Positions 1-13,450 are shown, numbered from the stretch's first letter. The stretch: DNA of 64,000 nt from Octopus sinensis (GCF_006345805.1 NC_043008.1:39122001-39186000), one strand, 5' to 3'. Numbers and translations: made by a program. The notes: generated by a model from the letters alone, not told the origin.

Positions 1-51
1 ATATATATACACATATATATATGTATATATGTACATATATATGTATATGTA

Positions 52-109
<58 letters not shown>

Positions 110-166
110 ATATACACCACACATACATATACATATATATGTACATATATACATATATATATATGC

Positions 167-236
<70 letters not shown>

Positions 237-239
237 TTC
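1..239. repeat. (AT)n microsatellite with (AC)/(GT) interruptions
   Basis: Directly visible dinucleotide run. The overlapping YI-repeat ORFs are artefacts of it. Confidence 0.98.
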
Positions 240-819
240 TTTATATTATATTGAGGGTACTACTATTCGTAGATACCAACACGCTAAGAGGGACCAATGC
301 GGTCAAAACTACTAAAAATAAACAAAATTTTACCGAATGCAAAACTTCAAAACACATCATTTTAAAAAAGAATTCAGTTGCATATCACATGTGATTTCGC
401 ATTTAATGCAGAATATGCATTTCATGTTCGTCAGTGCAACAAACTCAAGAAATATAAGAAAAAACATAACATTACAAACTCGATAGCCAACCGTAGAATT
501 CGTCGTAGCTTGTACGAATGTTTATCCTTACATATCTATGAAAATGGCGGGCTTTTTCGCAATGCATTTCGGTTACAAATTGCCTAGTAGGAATAAAAAT
601 TCAGTATTGAACTATTCCGGTGAAAAATATAAATTAACAATTGAGGATAAAATCTTTAAAAGAAATTACCAGTAGTCAGCGTGAAAAACCTCGTAAGAGA
701 AAAAATCCGTAAATTTTTCCTCTTTGAAAATATTCATTTATATTATATTGAGGGTACTACTATTCGTAGATACCAACACGCTAAGAGGGACCAATGCGGT
801 CAAAACTACTAAAAATAAA
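240..819. repeat. 580-bp unit bounded by identical 83-bp direct repeats (240-322 and 737-819), embedded in (AT)n
   Basis: TTTATATTATATTGAGGGTACTAC...CAAAACTACTAAAAATAAA occurs twice, 497 bp apart. Confidence 0.85.
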
Positions 820-822
820 TAT

Positions 823-900
<78 letters not shown>

Positions 901-904
<4 letters not shown>

Positions 905-2826
905 TTTGATACTTTGATACTTTGATAGGTTTCGGCCATTATTGGCCCAGGCCATGTCTAACTGAATAGCACCACCTGGTGAAGTCTTTCAAGTCAGAAT
1001 TGGGCACTATGGCCCACTCAAGTAGAGAGTTATTGTTTACAGAGACATATCCGGGTGTAGGGGGTTTATCCGGGATTTCTTGAAGGAATCTGTCCAAAGA
1101 CTTCTTGAACCCTATAGGGTCAGTTTCTGTTTTAATGTGTTTTGGTGTAATGTTAAAGAGAGCGGGGCAAATTGAGCTGAAATAATTGTGCCGTATTGTT
1201 GTTATGAGATGAGAGTGCGATTTTTGTTTTGGGCGGATGGCACGGGGCCCAAGCCTTGGATGTACCTTAAAGGTGATGCCAACATCATTTGGGCAATGCT
1301 GATGGAATATTTTCCACATCATGCAGATGATGTAGCGCTCACGACGACGTTGGAGAGAATAGAGTTTTAGCTTTTCTAGCCGACCCCAATAGTCGAGGCC
1401 TGTCATGCCATCTATCTTTTTTGTGATTGCCCTTTGAGGTGCTTCAACTTTTATGATACCTTGTATTGTGTGGGGAGACCACAGTGGACAACAGTATTCA
1501 AGGTGGGGTCGGGAAAAAGTGGAGAAGAGAAGGATAATGGTGTGGATATCTCTCGACTGGAAAGTTCTGAGAATCCAGGAACACATTCTGCGGGCCATGT
1601 CAACTTTGGTGTTTATATGAGTGGCCCAGCTTACGTTGTTGTCCACAATTACTCCCAAGTCTCTGATGTTGTTGGACGCCGCGAGAGTTTCACCTGAAGG
1701 AAGGGAGTATGGGAGTTTCAGGGCATCCTCTTTTCCAAAGTGGATTAGCTCAAATTTATCCTCGTTCAGCAGCATATTGTTTTTTTCTGCCCATTGGATA
1801 ACAGCCAGTAGATCTGACTGAAGGCATGACCGGTCACTCGCCTCATTTATGACCTTCTGTAGCTTGGAGTCATCTGCAAAGATTTTTATGTTGCTGTGCT
1901 TGATGATGTCATTAATGTCATTAAGGTAAATGATGAAAAGAAGTGGGCCCAGCACAGTGCCTTGCGGAACGCCACTACTGACTTTGGCTGGGCTTGATTT
2001 TACCCCTTCAACTACAACATGTTGAGATCTGTCTGTCAGGAAACACTTAATCCATTTCAGTAACTTTCCAGAGACACCAATGTTGGATAGTTTTTTCAAT
2101 AGGATCTTGTGATCGACCCTGTCGAAGGCCTTACTGAAATCAAGGTAGATGACATCGGTGTTGGAGCCCTCTCCCCAAACTCTCAAAATGTCCTCAAAGT
2201 GATGCAGGAGCTGCGTTAGGCAGTCCCTTCCATTACGGAACCCATGTTGGTTGGAGATCAGCCGTCTGTTGCTTTCCAGAAATTGGGTTATTCGAGATCT
2301 CACCACCCTCTCAAATACCTTGATGATATGAGAGGTGAGTGAGATCGGACGGTAATTCACTGCAAGGGACTTGTTTCCCTTTTTGAAAACTGGGACAACA
2401 GACTGGGACAGAAGGTTTTTTGGAATATAGCCAGCATCCAGTGAGTTTCTCCACAGATTAGCAAGGGGAGATGCAAGTTGGTGTCGACACACCTTCAGGA
2501 CACAAGCAGGGAACCTATCGGGGCCTACTGCTGAATTGTGTTTTATTTCGTTTATCGCCGCTAAGACATCAGGGGCACTAAACGTTATGTCCGATATAGT
2601 GTGTTGGGGGGGTTGACATCACTGATACAGCCCAGATCGGCCATATCAGGATTGCTGAAAACAGAGCAGTATTGTTTCTGCAGTATCTCGGCCATGGATT
2701 TGGCATTATCTTGGAGAGTGCCAGTTTCGTCAATTAGAGGGCCTACAGTGGAGACAGTGACCCTGCGTTTCCTCGCAAATGAAAAGAACACTTTGGGGTT
2801 GAGTTTGATTTTTTCAATGGCCCACT
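901..2826 (-). mobile_element. 5'-truncated CR1-like non-LTR retrotransposon with an 8-bp repeat 3' tail
   Basis: RT ORF 939-2492. An upstream linker in another frame (2585-2791, FFSFARK...VGPL...MAEIL...SVFS). The 3' end is (ATCAAAGT)3, read as ATACTTTG x3 at 901-926; short tandem-repeat tails are typical of CR1. Flanked by (AT)n on both sides. Confidence 0.88.
939..2492 (-). CDS. Reverse transcriptase of the CR1-like LINE (517 aa, N-terminally truncated)
   Basis: Motifs RPISLTS, QHGFR..R.C, YLDFSKAFDRVDH, GVPQGTVLGPLLF, FADDSKL, RDLGV, RPHLEYC..WSP, LYSLQRRRER. Confidence 0.92.
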   Translation of the reverse strand: MCRHQLASPLANLWRNSLDAGYIPKNLLSQSVVPVFKKGNKSLAVNYRPISLTSHIIKVFERVVRSRITQFLESNRRLISNQHGFRNGRDCLTQLLHHFEDILRVWGEGSNTDVIYLDFSKAFDRVDHKILLKKLSNIGVSGKLLKWIKCFLTDRSQHVVVEGVKSSPAKVSSGVPQGTVLGPLLFIIYLNDINDIIKHSNIKIFADDSKLQKVINEASDRSCLQSDLLAVIQWAEKNNMLLNEDKFELIHFGKEDALKLPYSLPSGETLAASNNIRDLGVIVDNNVSWATHINTKVDMARRMCSWILRTFQSRDIHTIILLFSTFSRPHLEYCCPLWSPHTIQGIIKVEAPQRAITKKIDGMTGLDYWGRLEKLKLYSLQRRRERYIICMMWKIFHQHCPNDVGITFKVHPRLGPRAIRPKQKSHSHLITTIRHNYFSSICPALFNITPKHIKTETDPIGFKKSLDRFLQEIPDKPPTPGYVSVNNNSLLEWAIVPNSDLKDFTRWCYSVRHGLGQ

Positions 2827-3720
<894 letters not shown>

Positions 3721-3722
3721 TA

Positions 3723-4023
3723 TAATTAGAGAAAAACCACTATTATGTAATTCAAGCAATGATAGACATAAACCATATCATATAAAATATATTATAAAAC
3801 ATATCTAGATCCCAAAAAGTATATAATAAGTAAAAAGACTACGTACGCTTCGTGGCTATAACTTCAATTTGAATTACAAGTTTTACTTATTATATAATGT
3901 TATTTAATTTTTATTCTTTTTGTGACCTAGTTATATGTTTTATAATATATTTTATTTTTTCTATATGATATGGTTTATGTCTATCATTGTTTGAATTACA
4001 TAATAGTGGTTTCTCTGTAATTT
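3723..4023. mobile_element. AT-rich fold-back / MITE-like element
   Basis: Left arm (GAGAAAAACCACTATTATGTAATTCAAGCAATGATAGACATAAACCATATCATATA...) is the reverse complement of 3963-4020, and the match continues inward with indels. Confidence 0.75.
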
Positions 4024-4116
4024 ATATGTATTATATATTTATATTGTGAAATTTGATTTAATAGTAAATTGAATTTTTCCCCGTAAGTTTGGAGTTATAC
4101 TCCCTAATATTAAACA

Positions 4117-4192
<76 letters not shown>

Positions 4193-4612
4193 CATGTATT
4201 AAATCGTATATGTATATAAATGTGTGTATAATTACAAATACATATATATATATGTATATACGCTACTAAGGAATTGTGATGACAAAGGAAGAAACAATTA
4301 TGTAATGAACTTCATTAGCTTACAACTGTTTTAAGATGCAATGCACTCATATTTTAGTGCTTGAGGATCACAGTACAGCTTCATCGGAGCATCAAATGCG
4401 AAGTGATATCTTATTTTGAATAACATTAAAAGTTATATATAAACACTCATGCATACACACAAGTACACGCAGAATCAGAGAGAATAGCACTACCAATAAA
4501 GAAGAATGTATGTATATAAGAAATGAAATTCAGGACATTGAAGAGGAAGCCCCTTCCGCAATTTGAATGAGGTAATTTTAAAAAATGCGTGTCTTATGCA
4601 TACATATATATA

Positions 4613-5010
4613 TAGGCGCAGGAGTGGCTGTGTGGTAAGTAGCTTGCTTACCAACCACATGGTTTCGGGTTAGTCCCACTGCGTGGCACCTTGGGCCAGT
4701 GTCTTCTACTATAGCCTCGGGCCGACCAAAGCCTTGTGAGTGGATTTGGTAGACGGAAACTGAAAGAAGCCCGTCGTATATATGTATATATGTGTGTGTG
4801 TGTTTGTGTGTCTGTCCCCCAACATCGCTTGACAACCGATGCTGGTGTGTTTACTTCCCCGTAACTTAGCGGTTCGGCAAAAGAGACCGATAGAATAAGT
4901 ACTAGGCTTAAAAAGAATAAGTCCTGGAGTCGATTTGCTCGACTAAAGGCGGTGCTCCAGCATGGACGCAGTCAAATGACTGAAACAAGTAAAAGAGAGA
5001 GAGTAAGAGT
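4613..5010 (+). mobile_element. tRNA-derived SINE, family A
   Basis: TAGGCGCAGGAGTGGCTGTGTGGTAAG head with A/B-box-like motifs, internal (TA)(TG) microsatellite and GTAAAAGAG tail. Four other well-matching copies in the window. Confidence 0.88.
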
Positions 5011-5029
5011 ATATATATACATATATTGT

Positions 5030-5165
5030 TTGTTCCTTCTCGAGTCACGCCTGGCTCGGGCCGGTTTCCTGGTTTCCTTGGCGTATAGGGTCCCCACCTG
5101 GACGGCACGCCCGTCCATTACAGGTGAGCTGCAAGACGCAGTAGGAAAGAGTGAGAGATAGTTGT
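5030..5165 (+). mobile_element. Fragment of another SINE-like repeat
   Basis: CCCCACCTGGACGGCACGCCCGTCCATTACAGG resembles central domains of metazoan SINEs. Single copy here. Confidence 0.35.
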
Positions 5166-6233
5166 GGTGAAAGAGGCTCTTACTCGAGCAAACGGACTCA
5201 AATATTTTGGGTTTTTTCTAAATCTAGCACATACTCTATTGGTCTCACGCGCCGCAGGTCTTAGCTGAATGAGGAAAACAAGCCAATACCGGAAATAACA
5301 CACACTCATACACACAAACCCACACCCCCACACACACATAGTGTATAAACCATCGTGGGTAAGTGCCGAACAATTCGGAGTAAAAGCAAGGCAAATCACA
5401 AGAAAGCAAATATATGACTTAATGTAGACTTACCTTGCATTCAATATTTCGGGGTTATGACCCCCATCCTCAAGAAATTAACGAATGTTGCATGTGTGTG
5501 TGTGTGAGTGTGGGAGACTTTCCGCGCGTGTTCACTCCACACACACTCACACATACGCAATCCGCAACATTCGTTAATTTTCAGTTGGAATTGTAGAGGG
5601 CACTTGCCCTTGGCGTTAAAGGAAATCTTGAACGATGGGTTCCTTCAGTTATTCTTGATACAGGATGACTACATCCCTATCATCATTTTTCCCTTTTTCC
5701 TTTTTCTGTTTTCTCCCGTGTATACTTCCCTTGACTGTTTTATCGTATACCATGTTATGCTTTCCCCACTTTTAAAAATTTTATTATAACCCCTACACAC
5801 ACATTTTATATATGTTTGTCTTTGTATTACACCCCTCATCCATCGCCTTGGAGGTAAATAAAAAAAAAACATTATTATTACTATTATTGTTGTTCCTGCT
5901 GTTGGTTATCGAAAAGACTAAACGTGTCACGTACGTTCTGTGAGTTATCGATTTGTTTCCAAAGTCTATCGTTGAATAGTGTGTCGTTAATTGAAGCAGA
6001 CCAATAGCCTCTGAGCAAAAGTTATCGTCATCTGCCCTAAAGGGTGAAATTTCGGAAAGAATGTTTTTTCTTTACGAAATACTGTTAAAAAATTCAATAT
6101 TGCGGATCTTCTTCACCAAATGGAGAAGAGAGGATAGTGTGAGTTAGTTCTGAAGGCGAAATTGGTTTTCTCAGTCAATCTGAAACAAACATGGAAATGG
6201 GTAGTCGCAGCAGAACCAAAAGCCGCAGCGAGT

Positions 6234-6395
6234 GGGGGCGCAATGGTCCAGTGGTTAGAGCAGCGGACGCGCGGTCGTAAGAACGCGGTTTCGATTCCCA
6301 GACCGGGCATTGTGAGTGTTTATTCAGCAAGAACACCTAAGCTTCACGAGGCTCCGACGGGGGGAGGGTGAACCCCGCTGTATTCATTTACTCTT
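6234..6395 (+). mobile_element. tRNA-derived SINE, family C (3'-truncated)
   Basis: A box TGGTCCAGTGG and B box GGTTTCGATTCC; homologous to 6754-7112. Confidence 0.8.
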
Positions 6396-6678
6396 TCTTC
6401 CTACTTCTGCCATAAAGCAGAGGAACCATGGTGTAACCCATTATGGTGTGGTAAACTTTCAGACCCTAGTCTACATTGCGAATACGCTGTACCCCAGGTT
6501 GTTCAGCTCTCCACCTGTTAAAAGCCACCGTTTATGGAATGAGGATAACAACGTAGCTTTCGCGCCAGTCTATCACGTGTTGTGGATGGATCTTCAAGTT
6601 GCCACACGCATTCTTAGTAACTTAGGGTATGCTCGGATTAGAGATTATTCTTTGTGACTAATAGCGTGCGTCTTGACT

Positions 6679-6750
6679 GGAAGAAGAAGAAGAAGAAGAA
6701 GAAGAAGAAGAAGAGAAGAAGAAGAAGAAGAAGACTGCAGCAGCAGCAAC
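6679..6750. repeat. (GAA)n plus (CAG)n microsatellite
   Basis: Directly visible. Confidence 0.95.
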
Positions 6751-6753
6751 AGT

Positions 6754-7112
6754 GGAGGCGCAATGGCCCAGTGGTTAGGGCAGCGGACTCGCGGTCGGAG
6801 GATGGCGGTTTCGATTCCCAGATTCCGGGCGTTGTGTGTGTTTATTGAGCGAAAATACCTAAAGCACCACGAGGCCCCGGCAGGGTGTGGTGGCGACCCC
6901 TGTTGTTCCAACTTTCTCTTTCTTCCTGTTTCTTGTCCCCGACTTACTACGCAACCGCTGAGCCTGGATGCGCATTTATCCATCCGTCGATGCTCATAGT
7001 GTCGGGGGTTGACCTGCTTTCTCTTCTGCGGGTCTTACGAATAGCAAAGGACCACGTATCGGACTTCTCACACTGCGGACGAAGACTGCTTCCCTCAACA
7101 AACAAACAAAAA
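6754..7112 (+). mobile_element. tRNA-derived SINE, family C
   Basis: A box TGGCCCAGTGG, B box GGTTTCGATTCC, body and (ACAA)n tail. Confidence 0.82.
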
Positions 7113-7629
7113 AGCAGCAGCAGCAACAACGTCACTACGAACACCTACAAAACATGAAAAGTCAAAACACACGTTAAAGTAAGTGTTGTTGCCATCTCAA
7201 TAGCCAACCGAAGCGAAAACAACAGTGAATAATAGATATTAGGAAAATGTAAAAACACATTTTTTTCACAGATAGCATGTATGTGCCAATTCAACCACGA
7301 CGGCCACCACTCACTACTACCATTAACGCAGACACAGTCGCTGAAAACAACAAAAATGACAAATCTTGGCCTAACATTCGCATCCGTAGTCAGGCATACA
7401 CAAGAAAGTATAAATCTATCGACAAACGATTTAAGAAATGCAAAAACCATATAAAAATTAAATAGAAATAGGGTAACGCTTAACATTCAGAAGCCATTGT
7501 ACAGGACACACTGTGACAACAATAAATTATAATAAAACTGTTGGAGTGAAAAGATAACAACGAGAAACACAACAACAAATCGAAAAGTGTCTACGGTTAG
7601 TGTGGGACGCAAATATAAACTGCAGGCAT

Positions 7630-8047
7630 ACCTATTTTTTTACTACCCACAAGGGGCTAAACACAGAGGGGACGAACAAGGACAGACAAACGGATTAAGT
7701 CGATTATATCGACTCCAGTGCGTAACTGGTACTTATTTAATCGACCACGAAAGGATGAAAGGCAAAGTCGACCTCGGCGGAATTTGAACTCAGAACGTAG
7801 CGACAGACGAAATACCTATTTCTTTATTACCCACAAGGGGCTACACACAGAGGGGACTAACAAGGACAGGCATAGGTATTAAGTCGATTACATCGACCTC
7901 AGTGCGTAACTGGTACTTAATTTATCGACCCCGAAAGGATGAAAGGCAAAGTCGACCTCGGCGGAATTTGAACTCAGAACGTAACGGCAGACGAAAGACC
8001 GCTAAGCATTTCGCCCGACGTGCTAACACTTCTGCCAGCCCACCGCC
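7630..8047 (-). mobile_element. Head-to-tail dimer of tRNA-derived SINE family B
   Basis: Two copies (7630-7813 partial, 7814-8047 full) of the GGCGGCGAGCTGGCAGAA...AAAGAAATAGGT element. Confidence 0.85.
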
Positions 8048-8805
8048 TTTGGCATACCATCAGAAATAGACATCTGCTGGTTGGTGTCAGCTATCCTTCC
8101 ATAGAACATAAAACAATAATCTTATAGGTGCGGAAACTGCATAAGCAAATCCGGTTGGGGCCAGGCTCAGAGTTGTGGGTGTAAATAGGTAAGACAATTT
8201 AGAAACAATTCCAAACATCATAAATTTACCAGACATCACCAGCCTCTGCAACCATTTAGAGTAGAAAGCCGAGGTGTCAACTGCATGGGACACGATTCCT
8301 CTAAAGACATTCTGGTCAACACAAAAGAGAGATGAGAGACTCCACTTCTACCAAAACCGTCAGCACAACAGCAACAACACCAGCAGAGGCAGGTGACCGC
8401 TACAGCTGCAAAACCAACAGCAAGAGTAGTAGCAACAGGAATCACTGCCTAAATGGCAAAAAGACGGCAGGAAAAGGAAATAAAGCGCACCGTCATCAAT
8501 GCAAAAAACTGGCAGATGTGATCAGAGGCGATGAGTGAGAAACGCCTTTGAGAACAAATACACGACTACCACCCCCAACAGAAGCCACACCAATACCAAC
8601 AACAGCATCATCCCCATCACTGCCACCATTACTGTTACAGTCACCGCCGTCAGAAACAACCCAACTCACACACACGTCTCAGATCGCACAACCAAACACC
8701 AGGAAGATTTAAATATCATTAACTGAACAGCAATAAAGAGAAACAAAAAAGAACCGATGGAACACGTATATAACCACATAAACATTACATACACCGGTTT
8801 AATCA

Positions 8806-9037
8806 CACCTATTTCTTTATTACCCACATGGGGCTAAACATAGAGGGGACAAACAAGGACAGACATAGGTATTAAGTCGATTACATCGACCCCAGTGCGT
8901 AACTGGTGTTTAATTTATCGACCCCGAAAGGATGAAAGGCAAAGTCGACCTCGGCGGAATTTGAACTCACAACGTAACGGCAGACAAAATACCACTCAGC
9001 ATTTCACCCGGCGTGCTAACGATTCTGCCAACTCGCC
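8806..9037 (-). mobile_element. SINE family B with 16-bp target-site duplication
   Basis: CCGGTTTAATCACACC at 8794-8809 and at 9036-9051. Confidence 0.9.
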
Positions 9038-9559
9038 GGTTTAATCACACCAACAAGTAACATACTAACACGCTTAAAAGCCATCTTAACATCCCAAAAT
9101 ATATACACCAGAAAAAATAAATATCCTGAAGAAGCAGAGGCTTTCAGGAGCAATATCAGCAAAAGACTCTCTAAAGAATTGCTCGTGGTTCTCTTGAGGG
9201 TTTGTTTTATTTGGTGTTTGTCTTAAGTCGTCAGTGTTGATTTCTCGGTTCTGATTTGCCTCCAGATCTTTTTCAGAGGAGTTTGTTCCAGTTTTCAACA
9301 AGATGACACAGATGCACTCATATGCGCAGCTCATGAACAAGCATTAAGGACCAACTATATAAAGTGCAGAATAGACAACACTACCGACGGCAACAAATGT
9401 AGAATGTGTGGTGAGAGGGGTGAAGCGGTATGGTACATCGTTAGCGAATGCCTGAAATTGGGGCAACGCGAATACAAAAGATGCAATGACAATGTGGCAA
9501 GAATTATCCAAAGGGGTCTCTGTGGAAATCATGTGGACAGCAGACTGAAGTGACATTTG

Positions 9560-11490
9560 TTTGCTGGTCATGCATTAAGAACCCTGCGAGAAATTCTTGC
9601 AGTTCCAAGCAATGCTGATTTTTCTAGTTGTTCTACCTCCACACTTGCACCAATATTTTTCAGCCACGTTGGTAGTTGAGTGCTGATACTCCCAAGAGCA
9701 CCAATTACTGCTCTCCCCATTGACCCCAACCTTCGTATTTCTCCACTTTAAATCGTGGTAGTTGTTTATTTTTTCTTCTTCTTTCACATTGATCTCGTTG
9801 TCACCGGAGCATGCTATGTCGATGATCATGCATGTTCTTTCTTTTTTATTCACCACAACAATGTCAGGTTTCTGATGTTTGGTCAGGTGATCGCACTGGA
9901 TCATTGCCTCACAATGGATTTCGCAATTTTCATTCTCGCTAACTCCTTCTGGAGTTTGTTCATACCATGTCTTTGCTTTGAGTTGGCCATGATTTCCACA
10001 GAGCTCCCTTTGGATCATTCTTGCCACATTGTCATTGCATCTTTTGTATTCGCGTTGCGCCAATTTCAGGCATTCGCTAACGATGTACCATACCGCTTCA
10101 CCCCTCTCACCACACATTCTACATTTGTCGCCGTCGGTAGTGTTGTCTATTCTGCACTTTATATAGTTGGTCCTTAACGCTTGTTCATGAACTGCGCATA
10201 TGAGTGCATCTGTCTCTATCTTCAGGTTACTCCTTCGTATGTTTCAACAATGGCCCCACAACACTTTTTATATACCACACTAAACTGTGTTTATCTGGTT
10301 CGATACACTCCTGGCAACTGATCAAAGCTCTCCCACTCTTTCTTCTGGACAAGTACAGCCTATCGTTGTCTCTCTTAGGGTGGAAGGTTCCGTGTATTAT
10401 CGACATTTTTCTGGTCTTGGTATCCATTTTCATCACTTCTCTCTTTTGCCATTCTATAATTCCCGCCCCATACCGAAATGTTGCTATCGCCTACATATTA
10501 ACTGCTTGGATCTTATTTCATCGAGCGCAACACAAACCTTAGTCTTCGGAAATATTCCATCCTAAGTTGGTCTTTTATTTCCTTCTCTATTATCTCGTTG
10601 AACTCTAGTACACCAAGGTAATTGTATCCTTCCGTTTCAATTTGTTTAATCAAGTCTCTATTCCGTAATTCTATCCCTGCTATGGAATGTGCCTTGGCTC
10701 TTTTTAGGTAGATTATTCTGTACTTCTTGAATCTAAATTCATTGTAATATCAGAACTAAAACAGTGGACCGTGTTCACCAATGACCTCACTTGTGTGTCA
10801 GCTTGGCCATACAGTTTCAAATCATCATCCATGAATAGGAGGTGGTTGATTGCTTGGGATTATCCCTTTAGTTGGTACCCCAGGTTCATTTTCCGAAGTA
10901 CCAACATCAGGGGTATCATGCAGAGAACAAAAAGCAACTGCGATAAGATATCACCCTGTAAAATCCCTCTTCTGATACTCAGGGTGCCGAAGTTGTCAGT
11001 TCAGTTTTCCAGCTCGCCATACTGCTCTTCAGGAAAGACTTTATATTCCTCCCAATTACAAACAGATCTAAACACTCGATGATCCACGACTGTGGAATCA
11101 TATCATAAGCTTTCCGATAGTCAATCCAAGCTATTCCCAAATTTGTTCTTCGTTTAAAACCTTGTATTACCATTTTGTCTATCAATAATTGATCTTTGGT
11201 ATCTCTGCATTTCCTTCTACAGCCTTTTTCTTCTGTCGGTAAATATATCGTTCTCATTAAGAAATTTATACAGTTCTTCTGCAATTCCTCCTGACAGTAA
11301 CTTCCGCATTAACGGGAGGCAGGAAATTTCTTCTTCTCCATTGATCAATGCATTAAATTGCTCTGCGACCAATTTACGGCAACTACTGAACGCTTTTATG
11401 CAAAATTCCTTTACACCACCAGGTTCTGCTGCTTTCCAGTTGCTTATGTTTTTACTCATATTCCTGATACTGTGGATAGCTTCTTGCTAC
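9560..11490 (-). mobile_element. Decayed R4/Dong-like (RLE) LINE
   Basis: Frameshifted RT pieces ([34 protein letters not shown]), a CCHC-like C..CGE motif and a KPDIVV...IIDIA restriction-like endonuclease motif (ORF 9575-10117). Confidence 0.8.
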
Positions 11491-11514
11491 AGAGCCATTC
11501 AGCTGTAATATTAT

Positions 11515-11596
11515 GTTGCTGTTGTTGTTGTTGTTGTTTTTGTTGTTGTTGTTGTTGTTGTTCTTCTTCTTCTTCTTCTTCTTCTTCTTCTTCTTC

Positions 11597-11677
<81 letters not shown>
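11515..11677. repeat. Compound (TGT)n(TCT)n(TTA)n microsatellite
   Basis: Directly visible. Confidence 0.97.
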
Positions 11678-12150
11678 GATGAAAATTCACAGCTTATTTT
11701 GCTGGCTATGACGGAGTGTCAACTGCCCAGAACGAACAGACTAAAGAGACACTTTTTAACGGTTCATGCTTCAAGAACTCCGCGAAGAATTCTTGCAGTT
11801 CCAGACAATGCTGATTTTTGTAGGTGTCCCATCTTTACATTTGTACCAATTTTTTTTGGAGCCATACTAGTTGTTAAGTACTGATACTTCCAAGCGTGCC
11901 AATTACTACTGAGACCATGTCTACTCTCCTCAGTGACCGCAACATTCGTAATTCCTATTTCAAATATTCATAGTTGTTCAGTTTTTCTCATTTCGCTTTG
12001 ATCCTGTTGTCATCAGGACATGCTACATCGATTATCATGCATGTTCTTTCTTTTTCTTTTTCACCACGGCAATGTCCAGTTTCAGATGATATGTCAGGTG
12101 ATCGCACTAAATCAGTGCATCTCACAGGATTTTGCAATTTTCATTCTCGG
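11678..12150 (-). mobile_element. 3' fragment of a second R4/Dong-like family
   Basis: RLE C-terminus (PDIAVV...IIDVACPDD, QKSALSGTARILRGVL) and a 3' UTR ending directly at (AAT)n. Confidence 0.72.
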
Positions 12151-12174
12151 TTTGCGCTGTTATAATAATAAGAA

Positions 12175-12410
12175 TAATTTTTATTATTGCCTCTGCGAAG
12201 GCGGAGGTATTGTTTTCAGTCGTGTTTGCTTGCTTGGTTGTTTGTCCTTGGACAAGATATATCAAGAACCGTTGGATGGATTCGGATGAAACGTTCAGGT
12301 ATCTTTGGCCTCATGGCTAGCACGAACTCGTTAGATTTTGGGATCGATCCGGTATTGGACAAGGATTCTAGGTAATTTTTATATTATCTTTACTTTACAT
12401 GTATATGTAA
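12175..12410 (+). mobile_element. Short non-autonomous DNA element (Helentron/HINE-like)
   Basis: TTATTGCCTCTGCGAAGGCGGAGGTATTGTTTTC followed by a degenerate (GTTT)n tract, a layout seen in HINE/DNAREP1-type repeats. Confidence 0.4.
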
Positions 12411-13218
12411 AGTTTCACATATGTCTCTTGTATGCGAACACCCCCCCCCACACACACACACATGCACTCATACACACACACACGCGCGCGCGCAAACATA
12501 CCTCTCTTTCACAAACGCATATACTGACACTTCAAACACCGTTTATCAGCTTTTTCACTCCTTCTTCGTTATTCATCTATCACCCCTTCCTTTCTCATTC
12601 ATACGACGGTCTCTTTGCCATTATTCTCTTCTACCTTCACCTCTCAATCCGAGGCAGGAGGGCACGGACCAGGTGGTACAGGTTGAGATAACGGAGGCGG
12701 GGTTCACGGTGTTTGAATAAAAAGAAAGAGAAGTGGGCGAGTGATCTCTCCGCCGAAGCAGCAGAATAAGAAGAAAAAAGAGATGGAAAAGGAGGAGTCC
12801 AGAATGAAGGAATACGAAATGGTGGTGGCTAAAATAAGCGAAAAGGAACTTGAGGAGGTGTTCAGGGAGGAGTTGCATAAGGAAGAGATATTGGTGAGGA
12901 TACCGGTTGTTCCAGTGGAGGAGAAAAGTTAGGAAATGCAATTGGAGAGTGTGCTCAGGGAGGTGGAAGAAAGGAAGAAGGTAACAGGAGCCGAAAGGAG
13001 AAAACAGCAAGAAAGGAGAAAAAAAATGAGAAAAGGAAAATTTCGGAATTTTATGACGTAAAGAAACTGAAAAGAAAGTATTAGAGTTTAAACATATTAT
13101 AAGAGTTAAGTTGCCCATGGATGTGTATTCCAAGAATGTCAAGGACATCGTGGTTGACAAAGACACATACAACAGACTAAAAGACATGTGTGGAGAAGGG
13201 ATTGACCTGCCAGGTGTG

Positions 13219-13450
13219 AAGGCGGCGAGCTGGCAGAAACGTTAGCACGCCGGGCGAAATTCTTAGCGGTATTTCGTCTGCCGCTACGTTCTGAGTTCAA
13301 ATTCCGCTGAGGTCGACTTTGCCTTTCATCCTTTCGGGGTCGATTAAATAAGAACCAGTTACGCACTGGGGTCGATATAATCGACTTAATCCGTTTGTCT
13401 GTTCTTGTTTGTCCCCTCTGTGTGTAGTCCCTTGTGGGTAGTAACGAAAA
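13219..13450 (+). mobile_element. SINE family B with probable 8-bp TSD
   Basis: AGGTGTGA at 13212-13219 and at 13451-13458. It interrupts a purine-rich decayed coding-like segment (about 12700-13790). Confidence 0.85.

Noticed and set aside
5355-5440. Consensus splice donors (GG|GTAAGT on +, AAG|GTAAGT on -) in a CpG-containing unique region
   Set aside because: No associated ORF or acceptor can be supported without transcript data.
6234-6830. tRNA genes
   Set aside because: A and B boxes are present, but there is no complete cloverleaf and each continues into a SINE body.
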